Virus record (IMG/VR): IMGVR_UViG_3300021431_000100
Coordinates: 24,871 to 88,870 of that record
DNA length: 64,000 nucleotides
Source: a virus
Lineage: Duplodnaviria; Caudoviricetes
Strand: one strand, 5' to 3'
Positions within the stretch are counted from its first letter, which is position 1, and every line of letters starts with the position of its first letter. Positions 48,951 to 58,068 of the stretch are shown in pieces. The notes below the pieces were generated by a model that had not been told where the DNA came from, did not search any database, and worked only from the letters and a program-made list of their open reading frames with translations. Position numbers and translations under genes: made by a program.

Positions 48951-50246
48951 GTGCAACCATCAATCCAAGCTGTCCTACAAATTTTTAAAAATTTGAATTT
49001 TGAAGCATATTACAATGGTGAGAAATGTCGCAATGAATTATATAACGAACTGATTAAAGGTAAGCATTTAAAAACTTTAAATACTACCATTATAACAAAT
49101 GCGTTACCTGACGATATTAAAAGAATTTTCCCAAATGCAATTCAAAATCCCGACAACGAAATGAGTTTTATGATTGAGTTTGGTAATGAAAAGATGTGTG
49201 TAGAATCATTCCATTCTCAAACTTATTATGTTAATGAAAACGGCAAAGAACATTTTTTGAGTGTTCCTATTGTCAAGTCGGTAAGCACTTTGGACGAGGA
49301 TTTTGTCAGAAAAGTATTCACTATCAATTGCGTAGCAAAGGATATTGAAGGTAATAATTATTATGGTGTTAGTGCCCGTATGGATATGGGTAATAAAACC
49401 ATAAAGACAATTGAAGATTCAAAAAAGACTTTTTATGAATATCCTATCCGTTGTTTACAGGCATTTGTTCTTATGTCGCAGACAGGGTTTTCTATTGAAA
49501 AACAAACTTTGAAGGACATAAAGTCTACTATGAGATATTTGAGATATATGCCTAGTGAACTTGTTGGTAAAGAGCTTCGTAAAATTATTGTTGGTAATAA
49601 TGTTATTCCTACATTGAAACTAATGCAGAAGATTGGCATTTTTAATTCCAAATGTTTGGTTGAAGTTGAAGTGGACGAAAACAAGACAGAACGTCAGAAA
49701 GAAAAGATTATGACACCTTTCCATATAGGTAATGCTTCTCAGTTTGACGTGCTAAGTAAATTCAGAATTTCAAGTGAAATTGAATTAGAATTATGGTCTT
49801 TGTTGTTTGAAGACGTTGCAATTGCCAAAGCAGAACTCGGTAAATTTAATTGCTTTACCGACAAAGAGCTAAACACAATTCTTTGGCTTATGAACAACAG
49901 AAATATTTGCAAGGTGAAAGGCGATATTGAAATTCGTCAGGCAATATACAATTCAATTTCTGATTATGAAAAAACTGAAGGTATTCATTATTTAAAGGAA
50001 TTAATTCTTATGTCTAGTCATATTTATAAAATGACAGACGAAATTGATACAAAAGAACAGAAAAAGGAAAACTGCAAACGTCTTATGTTTAATTTGTGTT
50101 GCCGTCCTTATTTTGTAAATCAGCTTACTTGGGACGTAACAGATAAGCAGAAAGAAGTTTTGATTACTAAATTATTAGAAGAAAAAGTTTATCCTATTTC
50201 TGACGAAGAAATTTCAAACTATATTGCAGAAAATGGCGGGATATAA
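48951..50246 (+). CDS. CCA-adding/poly(A) polymerase class II nucleotidyltransferase homologue with degenerate active site
   Basis: Collinear with CCA enzymes (AY..G...R, IITNALP, EDFVRKVFTIN, PIR.L.AF....GF.I), but DxD, RRD and ED.LR are substituted. Confidence 0.75.
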   Translation: MQPSIQAVLQIFKNLNFEAYYNGEKCRNELYNELIKGKHLKTLNTTIITNALPDDIKRIFPNAIQNPDNEMSFMIEFGNEKMCVESFHSQTYYVNENGKEHFLSVPIVKSVSTLDEDFVRKVFTINCVAKDIEGNNYYGVSARMDMGNKTIKTIEDSKKTFYEYPIRCLQAFVLMSQTGFSIEKQTLKDIKSTMRYLRYMPSELVGKELRKIIVGNNVIPTLKLMQKIGIFNSKCLVEVEVDENKTERQKEKIMTPFHIGNASQFDVLSKFRISSEIELELWSLLFEDVAIAKAELGKFNCFTDKELNTILWLMNNRNICKVKGDIEIRQAIYNSISDYEKTEGIHYLKELILMSSHIYKMTDEIDTKEQKKENCKRLMFNLCCRPYFVNQLTWDVTDKQKEVLITKLLEEKVYPISDEEISNYIAENGGI

Positions 50247-50570
50247 ATGAAAAAACGTTTAATTATCGCTGACGATATGCACGAAGCTAGTGCTAAGATT
50301 TTAGAAATCAGACAGTCAGCAACAGACCTTCTTGATGTATATAAGAAGTTGTTTGAGGATTTGAACGACTTATATAACGGTTATCCTAATCTTTATCAGG
50401 AAATCCAAAGGGTAGTTAAATTGCCTACAAATGAGGACGCAAATGACGTAACAACTTTTTATAAGGATTTATTGCAGGAGTTAGAGCTTTTGAAAAATCC
50501 TGAGAACTTACAAAAAGTTTTGGACGGCAATTCTTTGGATGCACCTGAAGGTAATGGAGACGAAGAATAA
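50247..50570 (+). CDS. Acidic helical hypothetical protein
   Basis: 107-aa ORF, MKKRLIIA N-terminus. Confidence 0.7.
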   Translation: MKKRLIIADDMHEASAKILEIRQSATDLLDVYKKLFEDLNDLYNGYPNLYQEIQRVVKLPTNEDANDVTTFYKDLLQELELLKNPENLQKVLDGNSLDAPEGNGDEE

Positions 50571-50617
50571 ATATATTTATATTAAAAGGGAATATTTTAA
50601 CATATTCCCTTTTTAAT

Positions 50618-51340
50618 TTGAAAGAGGTGAATACTTTGGCTAGTTATAAAGTTAAAAAAATAGTTTTACATACTTTTAATGATATAAACAAACAATGGTC
50701 TTTACTATATCCAAAAACTTCAGGCGATATGGTTGAAGGTCGGGTAGAAAATTCCCGTTTATTTGACGGATATGAAACAAAAGATTTTTTACCTTCTACG
50801 TTTTCTAGTTATATGAGAGTTGTTAGTGATTTAGATAAACAAACCCCACAGGGTATGATGACCAAAGGTATTGTTGTTACTAACGATTACGATAAAGACG
50901 AGGCAAAAGCAAAACCTAACTCTATTTGGGTTAAAGGTAATGTTTTTGTGCAAAATGGTGCATTGGAATTATCTACAAAGAAATATGTAGACGAAATTCA
51001 TGGTTTGCTTACTACAGGTGATTATACTACAACAGATTCTACTTCGGCAGGTGGCAAGAAAAACACTGTACAGAGTGGTGAAATCTATAATCATTTGGTT
51101 TATCGTTCTGAAAAAGCAGATAAATTGACCACCCCCGTTAAAATTAATAGCGTCGTTTTTGACGGAACAAAAGACGTTGAAATACCATTCTACGAGGTTA
51201 CAGATAATCCACCTGCTTTAAAGAGTAAATTGTGGATAAAAGCTTCAACTCATACAATTTATTATTACGATACAACGAAATCCAAATGGATGCCTACCAC
51301 CTCTGTATGGGAAGAAGAAAAAAATAATGGTATTTTGTAA
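50618..51340 (+). CDS. Virion/tail-associated protein
   Basis: ADKLTTPVKINSVVFDGTKDV fibre-type motif. Confidence 0.5.
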   Translation: MKEVNTLASYKVKKIVLHTFNDINKQWSLLYPKTSGDMVEGRVENSRLFDGYETKDFLPSTFSSYMRVVSDLDKQTPQGMMTKGIVVTNDYDKDEAKAKPNSIWVKGNVFVQNGALELSTKKYVDEIHGLLTTGDYTTTDSTSAGGKKNTVQSGEIYNHLVYRSEKADKLTTPVKINSVVFDGTKDVEIPFYEVTDNPPALKSKLWIKASTHTIYYYDTTKSKWMPTTSVWEEEKNNGIL

Positions 51341-51352
51341 GGTGGGTAATAT

Positions 51353-52084
51353 ATGGCAAATACTTATACTACAATACAGGCTCAAAGAGCGGTATTAAAT
51401 AAACTATATAATCGCTATGACGCAGTTACAAAGAAAGTAAAAATGTTTGGCGACCCTGTTAGCACTGATTCGGGAACTATTTCTTCTATAAAACCAAAAA
51501 TAAATTACCAAACTATTTATAACCAAGCTGTTGATTATGATAGTACAGACCCGAACCCGCAAATCATCACAGTAAAAGATTTGCAGAAAGCAATTAACTT
51601 TTTAGAAAATCGTTTTAGTAATAACTGTAATTGTGCCAACATTCCTGATAACTGTACATATACAATGAATGCTTCACTTGAATATGATATAAAAGACAGA
51701 AAAGGTAATAAAATTACTACTTCACAAGTCGATGAATATTTAACTTGTCAAGCACAATGTACCAATGACAAAGGAAACCCTTTAAATATATATTCTTGTC
51801 AATATGTGGCAGATAGATTAGTATGTCAATCTTATGCTTGTCAAACTTTTGTTTGTCAGACAGTTTCTACACGTAAATCTTGTGAAGAATGTCAGTCTTG
51901 TCAATTATGCCAAGCTATGGAAGCTACTTATGCTTGTCAGTCTTGTCAGTTGTTCTCTTGTCAAACAGTACGTTGTGAAGCTCCAAAGCCACAATGTGCG
52001 TGTCAGGAATGTCAGACTGATTGTTCTCAATGTTCTTGTCAGTCAATAGGTTATTATCAATCCTGTCAAACTCAATGTAAATAA
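51353..52084 (+). CDS. Cys/Gln-repeat protein
   Basis: 25 Cys and 15 CQ dipeptides, nearly all in the C-terminal half. Confidence 0.75.
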   Translation: MANTYTTIQAQRAVLNKLYNRYDAVTKKVKMFGDPVSTDSGTISSIKPKINYQTIYNQAVDYDSTDPNPQIITVKDLQKAINFLENRFSNNCNCANIPDNCTYTMNASLEYDIKDRKGNKITTSQVDEYLTCQAQCTNDKGNPLNIYSCQYVADRLVCQSYACQTFVCQTVSTRKSCEECQSCQLCQAMEATYACQSCQLFSCQTVRCEAPKPQCACQECQTDCSQCSCQSIGYYQSCQTQCK

Positions 52085-52100
52085 AGGAAGGATTTGAAAA

Positions 52101-52592
52101 GTGCTTAATTTATCGGGTATTATTGAAAATTCAATTGTAGACGGTGACGGAATAAGATATGTCGTTTTTGTACAAGGGTGTCCCCACCATTGCGAAGGGT
52201 GTCACAATCCTTCTACATGGGATTTTGTTAAAAACCAAGAGGTGTCTGTACAAAAAATTGCTGACGATGTAAGCAACGACATATTATTAGCGGGCATAAC
52301 ATTTAGTGGGGGAGAACCATTTACACAACCTAAACCGCTAATTGAATTAGCTGATAAAGTACATGCTATGGATAAAGACGTTTGGTGTTTTACAGGCTAT
52401 ACTTTTGAGGAATTGTTAAATTTTACAGACGAAAAAAGAGAATTATTAAATCATATTGACGTGTTGGTTGACGGAAGATTTGAAATACAAAAAAGAGATA
52501 TTAGCCTCATGTTTAGAGGTTCTTCTAACCAAAGAGTTATTGACGTGCAAAAATCTTTACAAACAAACGAAATAGTGTTAAAATACGAATAA
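52101..52592 (+). CDS. nrdG: Anaerobic ribonucleotide reductase activating protein
   Basis: SIVDGDGIR, QGCPHHCEGCHNP, GITFSGGEP, LVDG.F and FRGSSNQR motifs. Confidence 0.93.
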   Translation: MLNLSGIIENSIVDGDGIRYVVFVQGCPHHCEGCHNPSTWDFVKNQEVSVQKIADDVSNDILLAGITFSGGEPFTQPKPLIELADKVHAMDKDVWCFTGYTFEELLNFTDEKRELLNHIDVLVDGRFEIQKRDISLMFRGSSNQRVIDVQKSLQTNEIVLKYE

Positions 52593-52640
52593 AAGGCTGA
52601 TAATCAGTCTTTTATTTTTTTAAAAACTTTAAAAAAGGTA

Positions 52641-52669
52641 TTGACATTTTACTACACTTATGATACTAT
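52641..52669 (+). promoter_or_regulatory. Sigma-A-like promoter
   Basis: TTGACA-N17-TACTAT with TG extension and upstream A-tract. Confidence 0.65.
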
Positions 52670-52711
52670 ATACTCAAAGATAAAACAAAACTTTGTTGAA
52701 AGAAAGAGGTA

Positions 52712-53713
52712 ATGAAAATGTTTAGAAATCCTAATTATGAGTGGATGTTAGATTATGACGAATATCAGGAGCCATTTTTTGGTTCTTTATATTGGGTATA
52801 TATGTATCATAAAATTTTCAATCAGGGTACTGACGAAGACCGTTATAAGATGGAAGAATTGTATGACAAGTATCAGAGCCATGCACCATTCCCATATAAC
52901 ATTATCACAGGAATTTTTGAATTCGGTGAGGTATATCAAAAAGTTGTACAGACTATGGTATATGACAATGTTATGGAGCATTACAAGGACGAGAGTGCTC
53001 GTAGAGACGAGTCAGAAGCCATTGTTCGTGAGAAGAAGTATAATGAATGTACTAAGAAGCTTGAAGTATTTACTTGGGGCTATAGTCATACCGAAGCAGA
53101 AAAACAGGCAACTCTTGATGCTAACAGACTTCGTGCAGAGCATACCGAAGAACAGAAGCAGTTTGATATGGATGTAAATTTGGGAGTTCCTATTCAGTAT
53201 GGTAGCGGAACATACTTAAAGAATAATGTACGTATTTTAAAAAGAGACGACCTTGAATTTACCAAATATGGTCGCAAGATTGGCGTTCATGGTATTCTGT
53301 TCGATATGTACAAGGGATTTTACCTTGCTGCGGTATATGTTGACGGTGAATACGACGAAAACGGTAAGCAGGTAGTACATCAGGCTTGGGACACTCGTTA
53401 TGCAAAGATGAATCCAAAAGGATTGCAGATGGACGGAATTGAAGCACGCTATCGTCTCTTTATTGACGAAATTAAAAAGAATATTAATACCCATTGCGAT
53501 TTAAAATTCTATACTAATCCTTATAACTTCTCCAATGTTCAGATTAAGGGTACTAGCTTGACTAATATAGCTAATTCTGCTAAGGCTAGTCGTAGTTCTC
53601 GGTCTGCTAAAACCACTAAAGTCAGCAAGAAGAATAACGTTGATATTTCAAAAATCAACAAGGCTCTTGGTCTTGAAAGTTCCGACGATGATTTGAATGG
53701 CGATATTTTCTAA
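52712..53713 (+). CDS. Hypothetical (probably early) protein
   Basis: 333-aa monocistronic ORF with its own promoter and terminator. Confidence 0.75.
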   Translation: MKMFRNPNYEWMLDYDEYQEPFFGSLYWVYMYHKIFNQGTDEDRYKMEELYDKYQSHAPFPYNIITGIFEFGEVYQKVVQTMVYDNVMEHYKDESARRDESEAIVREKKYNECTKKLEVFTWGYSHTEAEKQATLDANRLRAEHTEEQKQFDMDVNLGVPIQYGSGTYLKNNVRILKRDDLEFTKYGRKIGVHGILFDMYKGFYLAAVYVDGEYDENGKQVVHQAWDTRYAKMNPKGLQMDGIEARYRLFIDEIKKNINTHCDLKFYTNPYNFSNVQIKGTSLTNIANSAKASRSSRSAKTTKVSKKNNVDISKINKALGLESSDDDLNGDIF

Positions 53714-53980
53714 AAAAGTAAAAAAGTGCTTGTTTTGAGCAAGCACTTTTTCTTTGTTAACTTATGACTAAATTCCTATATAATAATCCTTATATGTTGT
53801 ACAATCAATCGTTTTTTTGGCATAAAAGGAAAATTATATAGGAATTTTTATTTACTATAATACATTAAGTCGCCAAAATTATCTCCCAGAAAACAACAAT
53901 ATTTGTTTACAGAATTTCTATTAATATTATGAAAGCTCAAAAGCTCCAAATATATATTTTTTTTGAGAGGTGTTACAAAA

Positions 53981-54283
53981 ATGTATTTTGTAGGTCTAAT
54001 GGTCACTGCCGTAGTTTTGTACGCAGTAAATCTCTATTTTGAAAAACGTAACGACGTTGACGCTTTGAGTAGAGAAGTAGAAAAGCAAGCATTGGCACTT
54101 TTCCTTTATGCGGAAAAACAAGAATGGGTTGGTGAAAAGAAAATGAAGTTTGCTGTAGAAAAGCTTATGGATTTGGTAGAAGATACCGTTCTTGCTAAAA
54201 TTATCGGCACAAGTACTGTTGAAAAATGGATGCAGAACCTTTATGATGAAGTAAAGGCTGAGATTGAACAGATTGTAAAATAA
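53981..54283 (+). CDS. Putative holin
   Basis: N-terminal TM helix followed by ALALFLYAEK...GEKKMKFAV, a pattern seen in Firmicute phage holins. Confidence 0.5.
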   Translation: MYFVGLMVTAVVLYAVNLYFEKRNDVDALSREVEKQALALFLYAEKQEWVGEKKMKFAVEKLMDLVEDTVLAKIIGTSTVEKWMQNLYDEVKAEIEQIVK

Positions 54284-54415
54284 AATCACCCATCATACAT
54301 CTATTTTATTATAGGTTTTATATATTGTGTTTGTAGATGTATTTATATCTGCAAACACATTTTCTAACTTGTCCACTTTTTATCAAATTTACCGCAAATA
54401 TGAAGGTGACGGGAG

Positions 54416-54682
54416 ATGAGAAAAGAAGAGTTCACTAACGAAATTCTGCAACGTATAACTGCTATTGAAACTAATATGCAACTTATCCTTGCTGAACGTC
54501 CTGATATGAGGGACGAATTGCTTGACATTGTTACTAAGAATGTGGAAATTCAACGAGATGTTGAGCACAACAGAGAACAAATTGAAGAACTTGAAGCAAA
54601 GTTAAACAAGTTTTTCTGGGGCATACTTAGTACAGGTCTTACAATTATCGGTGCTTTATTGTCCTATATGTTTATGAATTAA
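54416..54682 (+). CDS. Coiled-coil protein with C-terminal TM helix (XhlA/holin-like)
   Basis: Coiled coil followed by FFWGILSTGLTIIGALLSYMF. Confidence 0.5.
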   Translation: MRKEEFTNEILQRITAIETNMQLILAERPDMRDELLDIVTKNVEIQRDVEHNREQIEELEAKLNKFFWGILSTGLTIIGALLSYMFMN

Positions 54683-54764
54683 GCATCAAAAAAAAGGCAG
54701 GTCATTACGACCCGCCTTTTTTATATGTCTGAATATTATTGAATTTTGGTACAATTTAGACATA

Positions 54765-55112
54765 TTACTTTCTGACTAATGTAATTCCGATGAATGTTAG
54801 CAAATCTTTAACATTCATTGCTTCTAATTTATTGCAAATAATATTATAGATAGAAAACTTTAGATTATCTAATTCTTCGTTCAATTGACCTGCGTCATAA
54901 TCTGTATTGTTTTGAGTATATTCGTCAGAAATTGGCTGTAAAAACTTAGTAGCAATTGTTTGTAGGAATTCTTCACTATCGCCAAACAAAATGTTTTCTA
55001 CTAAATCTTTATTGGTAGAAAAACTTACATATACGTCATTGGCAATATCAGTTGCCTCTACATTTAATAATTCACTAGAATAATCGGTTTCTGCAATGGC
55101 TAATCTTTTCAT
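54765..55112 (-). CDS. Acidic hypothetical protein
   Basis: 115-aa ORF, MKRLAIAE N-terminus. Confidence 0.7.
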   Translation of the reverse strand: MKRLAIAETDYSSELLNVEATDIANDVYVSFSTNKDLVENILFGDSEEFLQTIATKFLQPISDEYTQNNTDYDAGQLNEELDNLKFSIYNIICNKLEAMNVKDLLTFIGITLVRK

Positions 55113-55276
55113 TTCTTATCCTCACTTATGATAATAGGTTTCTTGTATATATGTCTTGTAAATTCAACATATATATCGGGCTTCTCGTTAAAATCTGTTT
55201 TACAACCGCAATACGGACAATAATGATAATCTAATTTTAATTCCTTTTTGCAATTATAGCATTTTAAATCAATCAT
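55109..55276 (-). CDS. Small zinc-ribbon protein (55 aa, below the ORF-track cutoff)
   Basis: MIDLKCYNC...YHYCPYCG; stop overlaps the next ATG (ATGA). Confidence 0.7.
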   Translation of the reverse strand: MIDLKCYNCKKELKLDYHYCPYCGCKTDFNEKPDIYVEFTRHIYKKPIIISEDKK

Positions 55277-55374
55277 AACATACAGTCCTTTGTTCGCAAT
55301 TATCTATAAAATATATAGATTACTACTGTTATTATATTAATTTAAATTTTTTTTAAAAAAGTTTCAAAAAGCTA

Positions 55375-55403
55375 TTGACATGTTATTGGGGAAGAGTTAT
55401 AAT
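55375..55403 (+). promoter_or_regulatory. Consensus sigma-A promoter
   Basis: Perfect TTGACA-N17-TATAAT. Confidence 0.8.
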
Positions 55404-55480
55404 TAGGTTACAAAGTTGAGAAACAAACAACTTAGAGGAAATGTTAACTGATTAAATTAAACAGAAAGAGGGTATTTTTT

Positions 55481-56437
55481 ATGGCAGCAAATGTAGAGAA
55501 TATGTTTTATGTGGACGCAGACGGTAGACACGCTCCTTGGCACGGACTTGGTATCAGAGTAATGGAAGCACCTACAAGCGATGACGCTCTCCGTATCGCA
55601 GGACTTGATTGGAACGTTCTGCAGGCTGAGGATTACTTCAAGGTGAACGGTGTAGATATTCCAACAGGCAATATTGTTAACTACCGTGACTCCGACAATA
55701 AGGTGCTTGGTACTGTATCTACTCGTTACAAGCCTGTACAGAACCGTGAAGCCTTTGAGTTTACCGATGAGCTTATCGGCACAGGTGACGTAAGATATGA
55801 TACCGCAGGTAGCCTTGACGGTGGTCGTATCGTATGGCTGTTGGCTCAGATGCCTGAGACTTCCATTCTTGGTGACGCAGTAGAGCCTTATTTGCTCTTT
55901 GCTAACTCCCATGACGGAAGTTCCGCAGTACGTTGTACCGTTACTAATGTTCGTGTGGTTTGTCAGAACACTCTGAATTTCGCTCTTGAAGGGGCAAAGA
56001 GAAGCTTTTCTTTCATGCACAAGGGCGATATTAAGAGCAAGCTTGAGGAAGCACGTAAGACCATTCAGAACGCAAATCTGTACAATGAAGCTTTGAATAA
56101 GGAAGCTGAGAAGCTTGTAGCCAAGCGTTTCTCTCGTGAGCAGGTTCAGGCTCTTATGGACACTCTGTTCCCGATTGATAAGGACGATTACTCTAAGGTT
56201 CAGCTTGAACACATGGAGCGTATGCGTAGCAACTTCATCAAGATGATGAATGCTGACGATTTGCAGAACTTCAAGGGTACAGGTTGGGGACTTCTGAACG
56301 CGGCAAGTGATTATGCTTACCATGCACGTCCAATCCGCATGTCCGAAACCTATAATGAGAGCATTATGAAGAATGCAATCAACGGTAGCAAGTTCCTTGA
56401 TACTGCATACAAGTTCGTAACCTCCGCAGTAGCGTAA
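55481..56437 (+). CDS. DUF932/DUF945-family phage/plasmid protein
   Basis: PWHGLG...AL..AGLDW.V, YKPVQN.EAF.F, AGSL.GGR and TNVRVVCQNTL motifs. Confidence 0.85.
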   Translation: MAANVENMFYVDADGRHAPWHGLGIRVMEAPTSDDALRIAGLDWNVLQAEDYFKVNGVDIPTGNIVNYRDSDNKVLGTVSTRYKPVQNREAFEFTDELIGTGDVRYDTAGSLDGGRIVWLLAQMPETSILGDAVEPYLLFANSHDGSSAVRCTVTNVRVVCQNTLNFALEGAKRSFSFMHKGDIKSKLEEARKTIQNANLYNEALNKEAEKLVAKRFSREQVQALMDTLFPIDKDDYSKVQLEHMERMRSNFIKMMNADDLQNFKGTGWGLLNAASDYAYHARPIRMSETYNESIMKNAINGSKFLDTAYKFVTSAVA

Positions 56438-56448
56438 GTCACAAAAAG

Positions 56449-56477
56449 AAAAGACCACTCAATGAGTGGTCTTTTTT
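56449..56477. terminator. Bidirectional terminator
   Basis: AAAAGACCACTC-aat-GAGTGGTCTTTT. Confidence 0.85.
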
Positions 56478-56899
56478 CATTGCTGTAAATCAATTATAAA
56501 ATTTAATGCATCAGAATCAAAAACAATTTCGGCATATACTTTTTTGCCTTTATGCGTTATTGTTCCGCAGAAACCTTGTTCTGTTGGTTCAGAACTATTA
56601 CTGTTGTCAATATGCCTACATAACACGTCACCTATCGCATAAATAATATCTTCAGTTAATCCAAAATTTTTAAGCATAGGTGAATATGATTTTACTTCTT
56701 TTGTTTTGATAATTAATATGTCTGAATTGTCTGAAAATTCAAACAATTTATCTAAATATTTTGATAAATTTTGTTCTACTTCAAATTCAATGTCCACGTT
56801 TATTGAAGTATCTACAGTATATTCATCTAGCGTGGAATATTCTACATTCGCTAAATCTACATTTTCCATAATTTTGCTCCTAACTCCATAAATGGTCAA
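56477..56899 (-). CDS. Hypothetical protein
   Basis: 140-aa ORF at the end of a minus-strand operon. Confidence 0.65.
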   Translation of the reverse strand: MTIYGVRSKIMENVDLANVEYSTLDEYTVDTSINVDIEFEVEQNLSKYLDKLFEFSDNSDILIIKTKEVKSYSPMLKNFGLTEDIIYAIGDVLCRHIDNSNSSEPTEQGFCGTITHKGKKVYAEIVFDSDALNFIIDLQQ

Positions 56900-57551
56900 A
56901 GTATTTGCCCATTAGCTCTTTACATTCATTATATTTTTTATTGTAGTCATCGAATTTGTCAATTAACATTTGGTCATGAGTATATACAATTTCTTCGCAG
57001 AACCAAATCAGCTTTAATAAGATTTTATCCCATTCTTCTTCTGTAATGTCAGGCGGGTAACTTACAGTTGTATCTTTAAAAGCTTTCAGCATTTTTGGAA
57101 GTAAAGCCTTACAAATAGTCATGTCGAAATTATACGTTTCTGTAATTTCAAAATTGTTTTTGACTTTTTCTCTATAATAATCTGTGCTTTTGTCTGTCGC
57201 ACTAAGAATTAAAAAATTACCAAAATCTGCTTGGTCAATAACTTTCATCCAACTGTAATCTGTAACATGACGATAACCTTTTTTTATATCAGAAGCGTTT
57301 ATTACAATGTAATGTTGGTCGTTTTCAATTCGCTCTTGTAAACGATTGATAAATTTATCAATGTCTTCGTGGTCGGGATTTTCGACAAGCAACTTATCAA
57401 AATAAGTTTCCTCGTCTTCTTCGTCAATAGTGAATGGAGAAAGAAAAGACGCATAAAATAAATTATGCGTTTTTAAAAATTTAGTTTCCTGTTCGCTTGA
57501 CATTTTCTGATATAATTCGTTAAGCGTCTGTATCTCTTTCGTAGTCAGCAT
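56880..57551 (-). CDS. Hypothetical phage protein
   Basis: 223-aa ORF; YPPDITEEEWDKIL...YFDHLW C-terminus. Confidence 0.7.
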   Translation of the reverse strand: MLTTKEIQTLNELYQKMSSEQETKFLKTHNLFYASFLSPFTIDEEDEETYFDKLLVENPDHEDIDKFINRLQERIENDQHYIVINASDIKKGYRHVTDYSWMKVIDQADFGNFLILSATDKSTDYYREKVKNNFEITETYNFDMTICKALLPKMLKAFKDTTVSYPPDITEEEWDKILLKLIWFCEEIVYTHDQMLIDKFDDYNKKYNECKELMGKYFDHLWS

Positions 57552-58056
57552 CGTTAAAATCTCCTTCTACTTCTTCAACAGGTTTTTGAGATTCTTTTTT
57601 ATCTTTTTTATTTTTCTTTTTGGAATTACTTGAATTGTTAGAATCATTAGAAGCAAATTCTTCTCTCAATTCTTGTAAAATTTTGCCAAGGTGGTTTTCA
57701 CCTTTGCCGTTATTTGTTCCCCAAAAAGTATTTTCCCAAGTTGTTTCGTTAATAAGTTCACCTTCGGTAGCCAAAAGCTGTTCTTTCAACTCTTTGTTGG
57801 AGAATTTGGTACGGCAAATTTCCTTCATTAAATCCAACTGTTCTTCGGTAGAGAACTCTTTTGTGGTGTACTTTTTAACGGTAGCGATTGCTTGTGCAGG
57901 TAACATTTTACCTACAGTTTTTCTTTGCACGTCACTAGATAAAGATTGAGCCACAAAAGCACAAACAACGTTGTTGTATTCTATACCGTTGTACTTAAAT
58001 GGGAAATGAAAATAGCTACTCAAAAAATTATATTGTTCTGTAAAACCTTTTACCAC
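57520..58056 (-). CDS. NADAR (YbiA/DUF1768)-like protein with substituted catalytic residues
   Basis: FLS...PF.Y.G..Y, KFSN.EL...LLAT, FWG...G.GEN.LGKIL motifs. Confidence 0.75.
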   Translation of the reverse strand: MVKGFTEQYNFLSSYFHFPFKYNGIEYNNVVCAFVAQSLSSDVQRKTVGKMLPAQAIATVKKYTTKEFSTEEQLDLMKEICRTKFSNKELKEQLLATEGELINETTWENTFWGTNNGKGENHLGKILQELREEFASNDSNNSSNSKKKNKKDKKESQKPVEEVEGDFNDADYERDTDA

Positions 58057-58068
58057 ACTATCACCTCA

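Noticed and set aside
52101-52592. Radical SAM gene as the maturase of the adjacent Cys-Gln protein
   Set aside because: It is a short canonical NrdG without a SPASM/twitch domain; adjacency may be coincidental
55481-56437. Higher G+C of the DUF932 gene (also ssb, recA, cas7f) as a sign of recent horizontal transfer
   Set aside because: The same bias is seen in all presumably highly expressed genes and is more simply explained by codon optimisation
55457-56458. Long antisense ORF (333 aa) and similar shadow ORFs (21146..21766, 24683..25249, 10165..10599, 43056..43472 and others)
   Set aside because: They lie opposite well-supported genes, lack RBS and motifs, and are explained by codon bias of the sense gene
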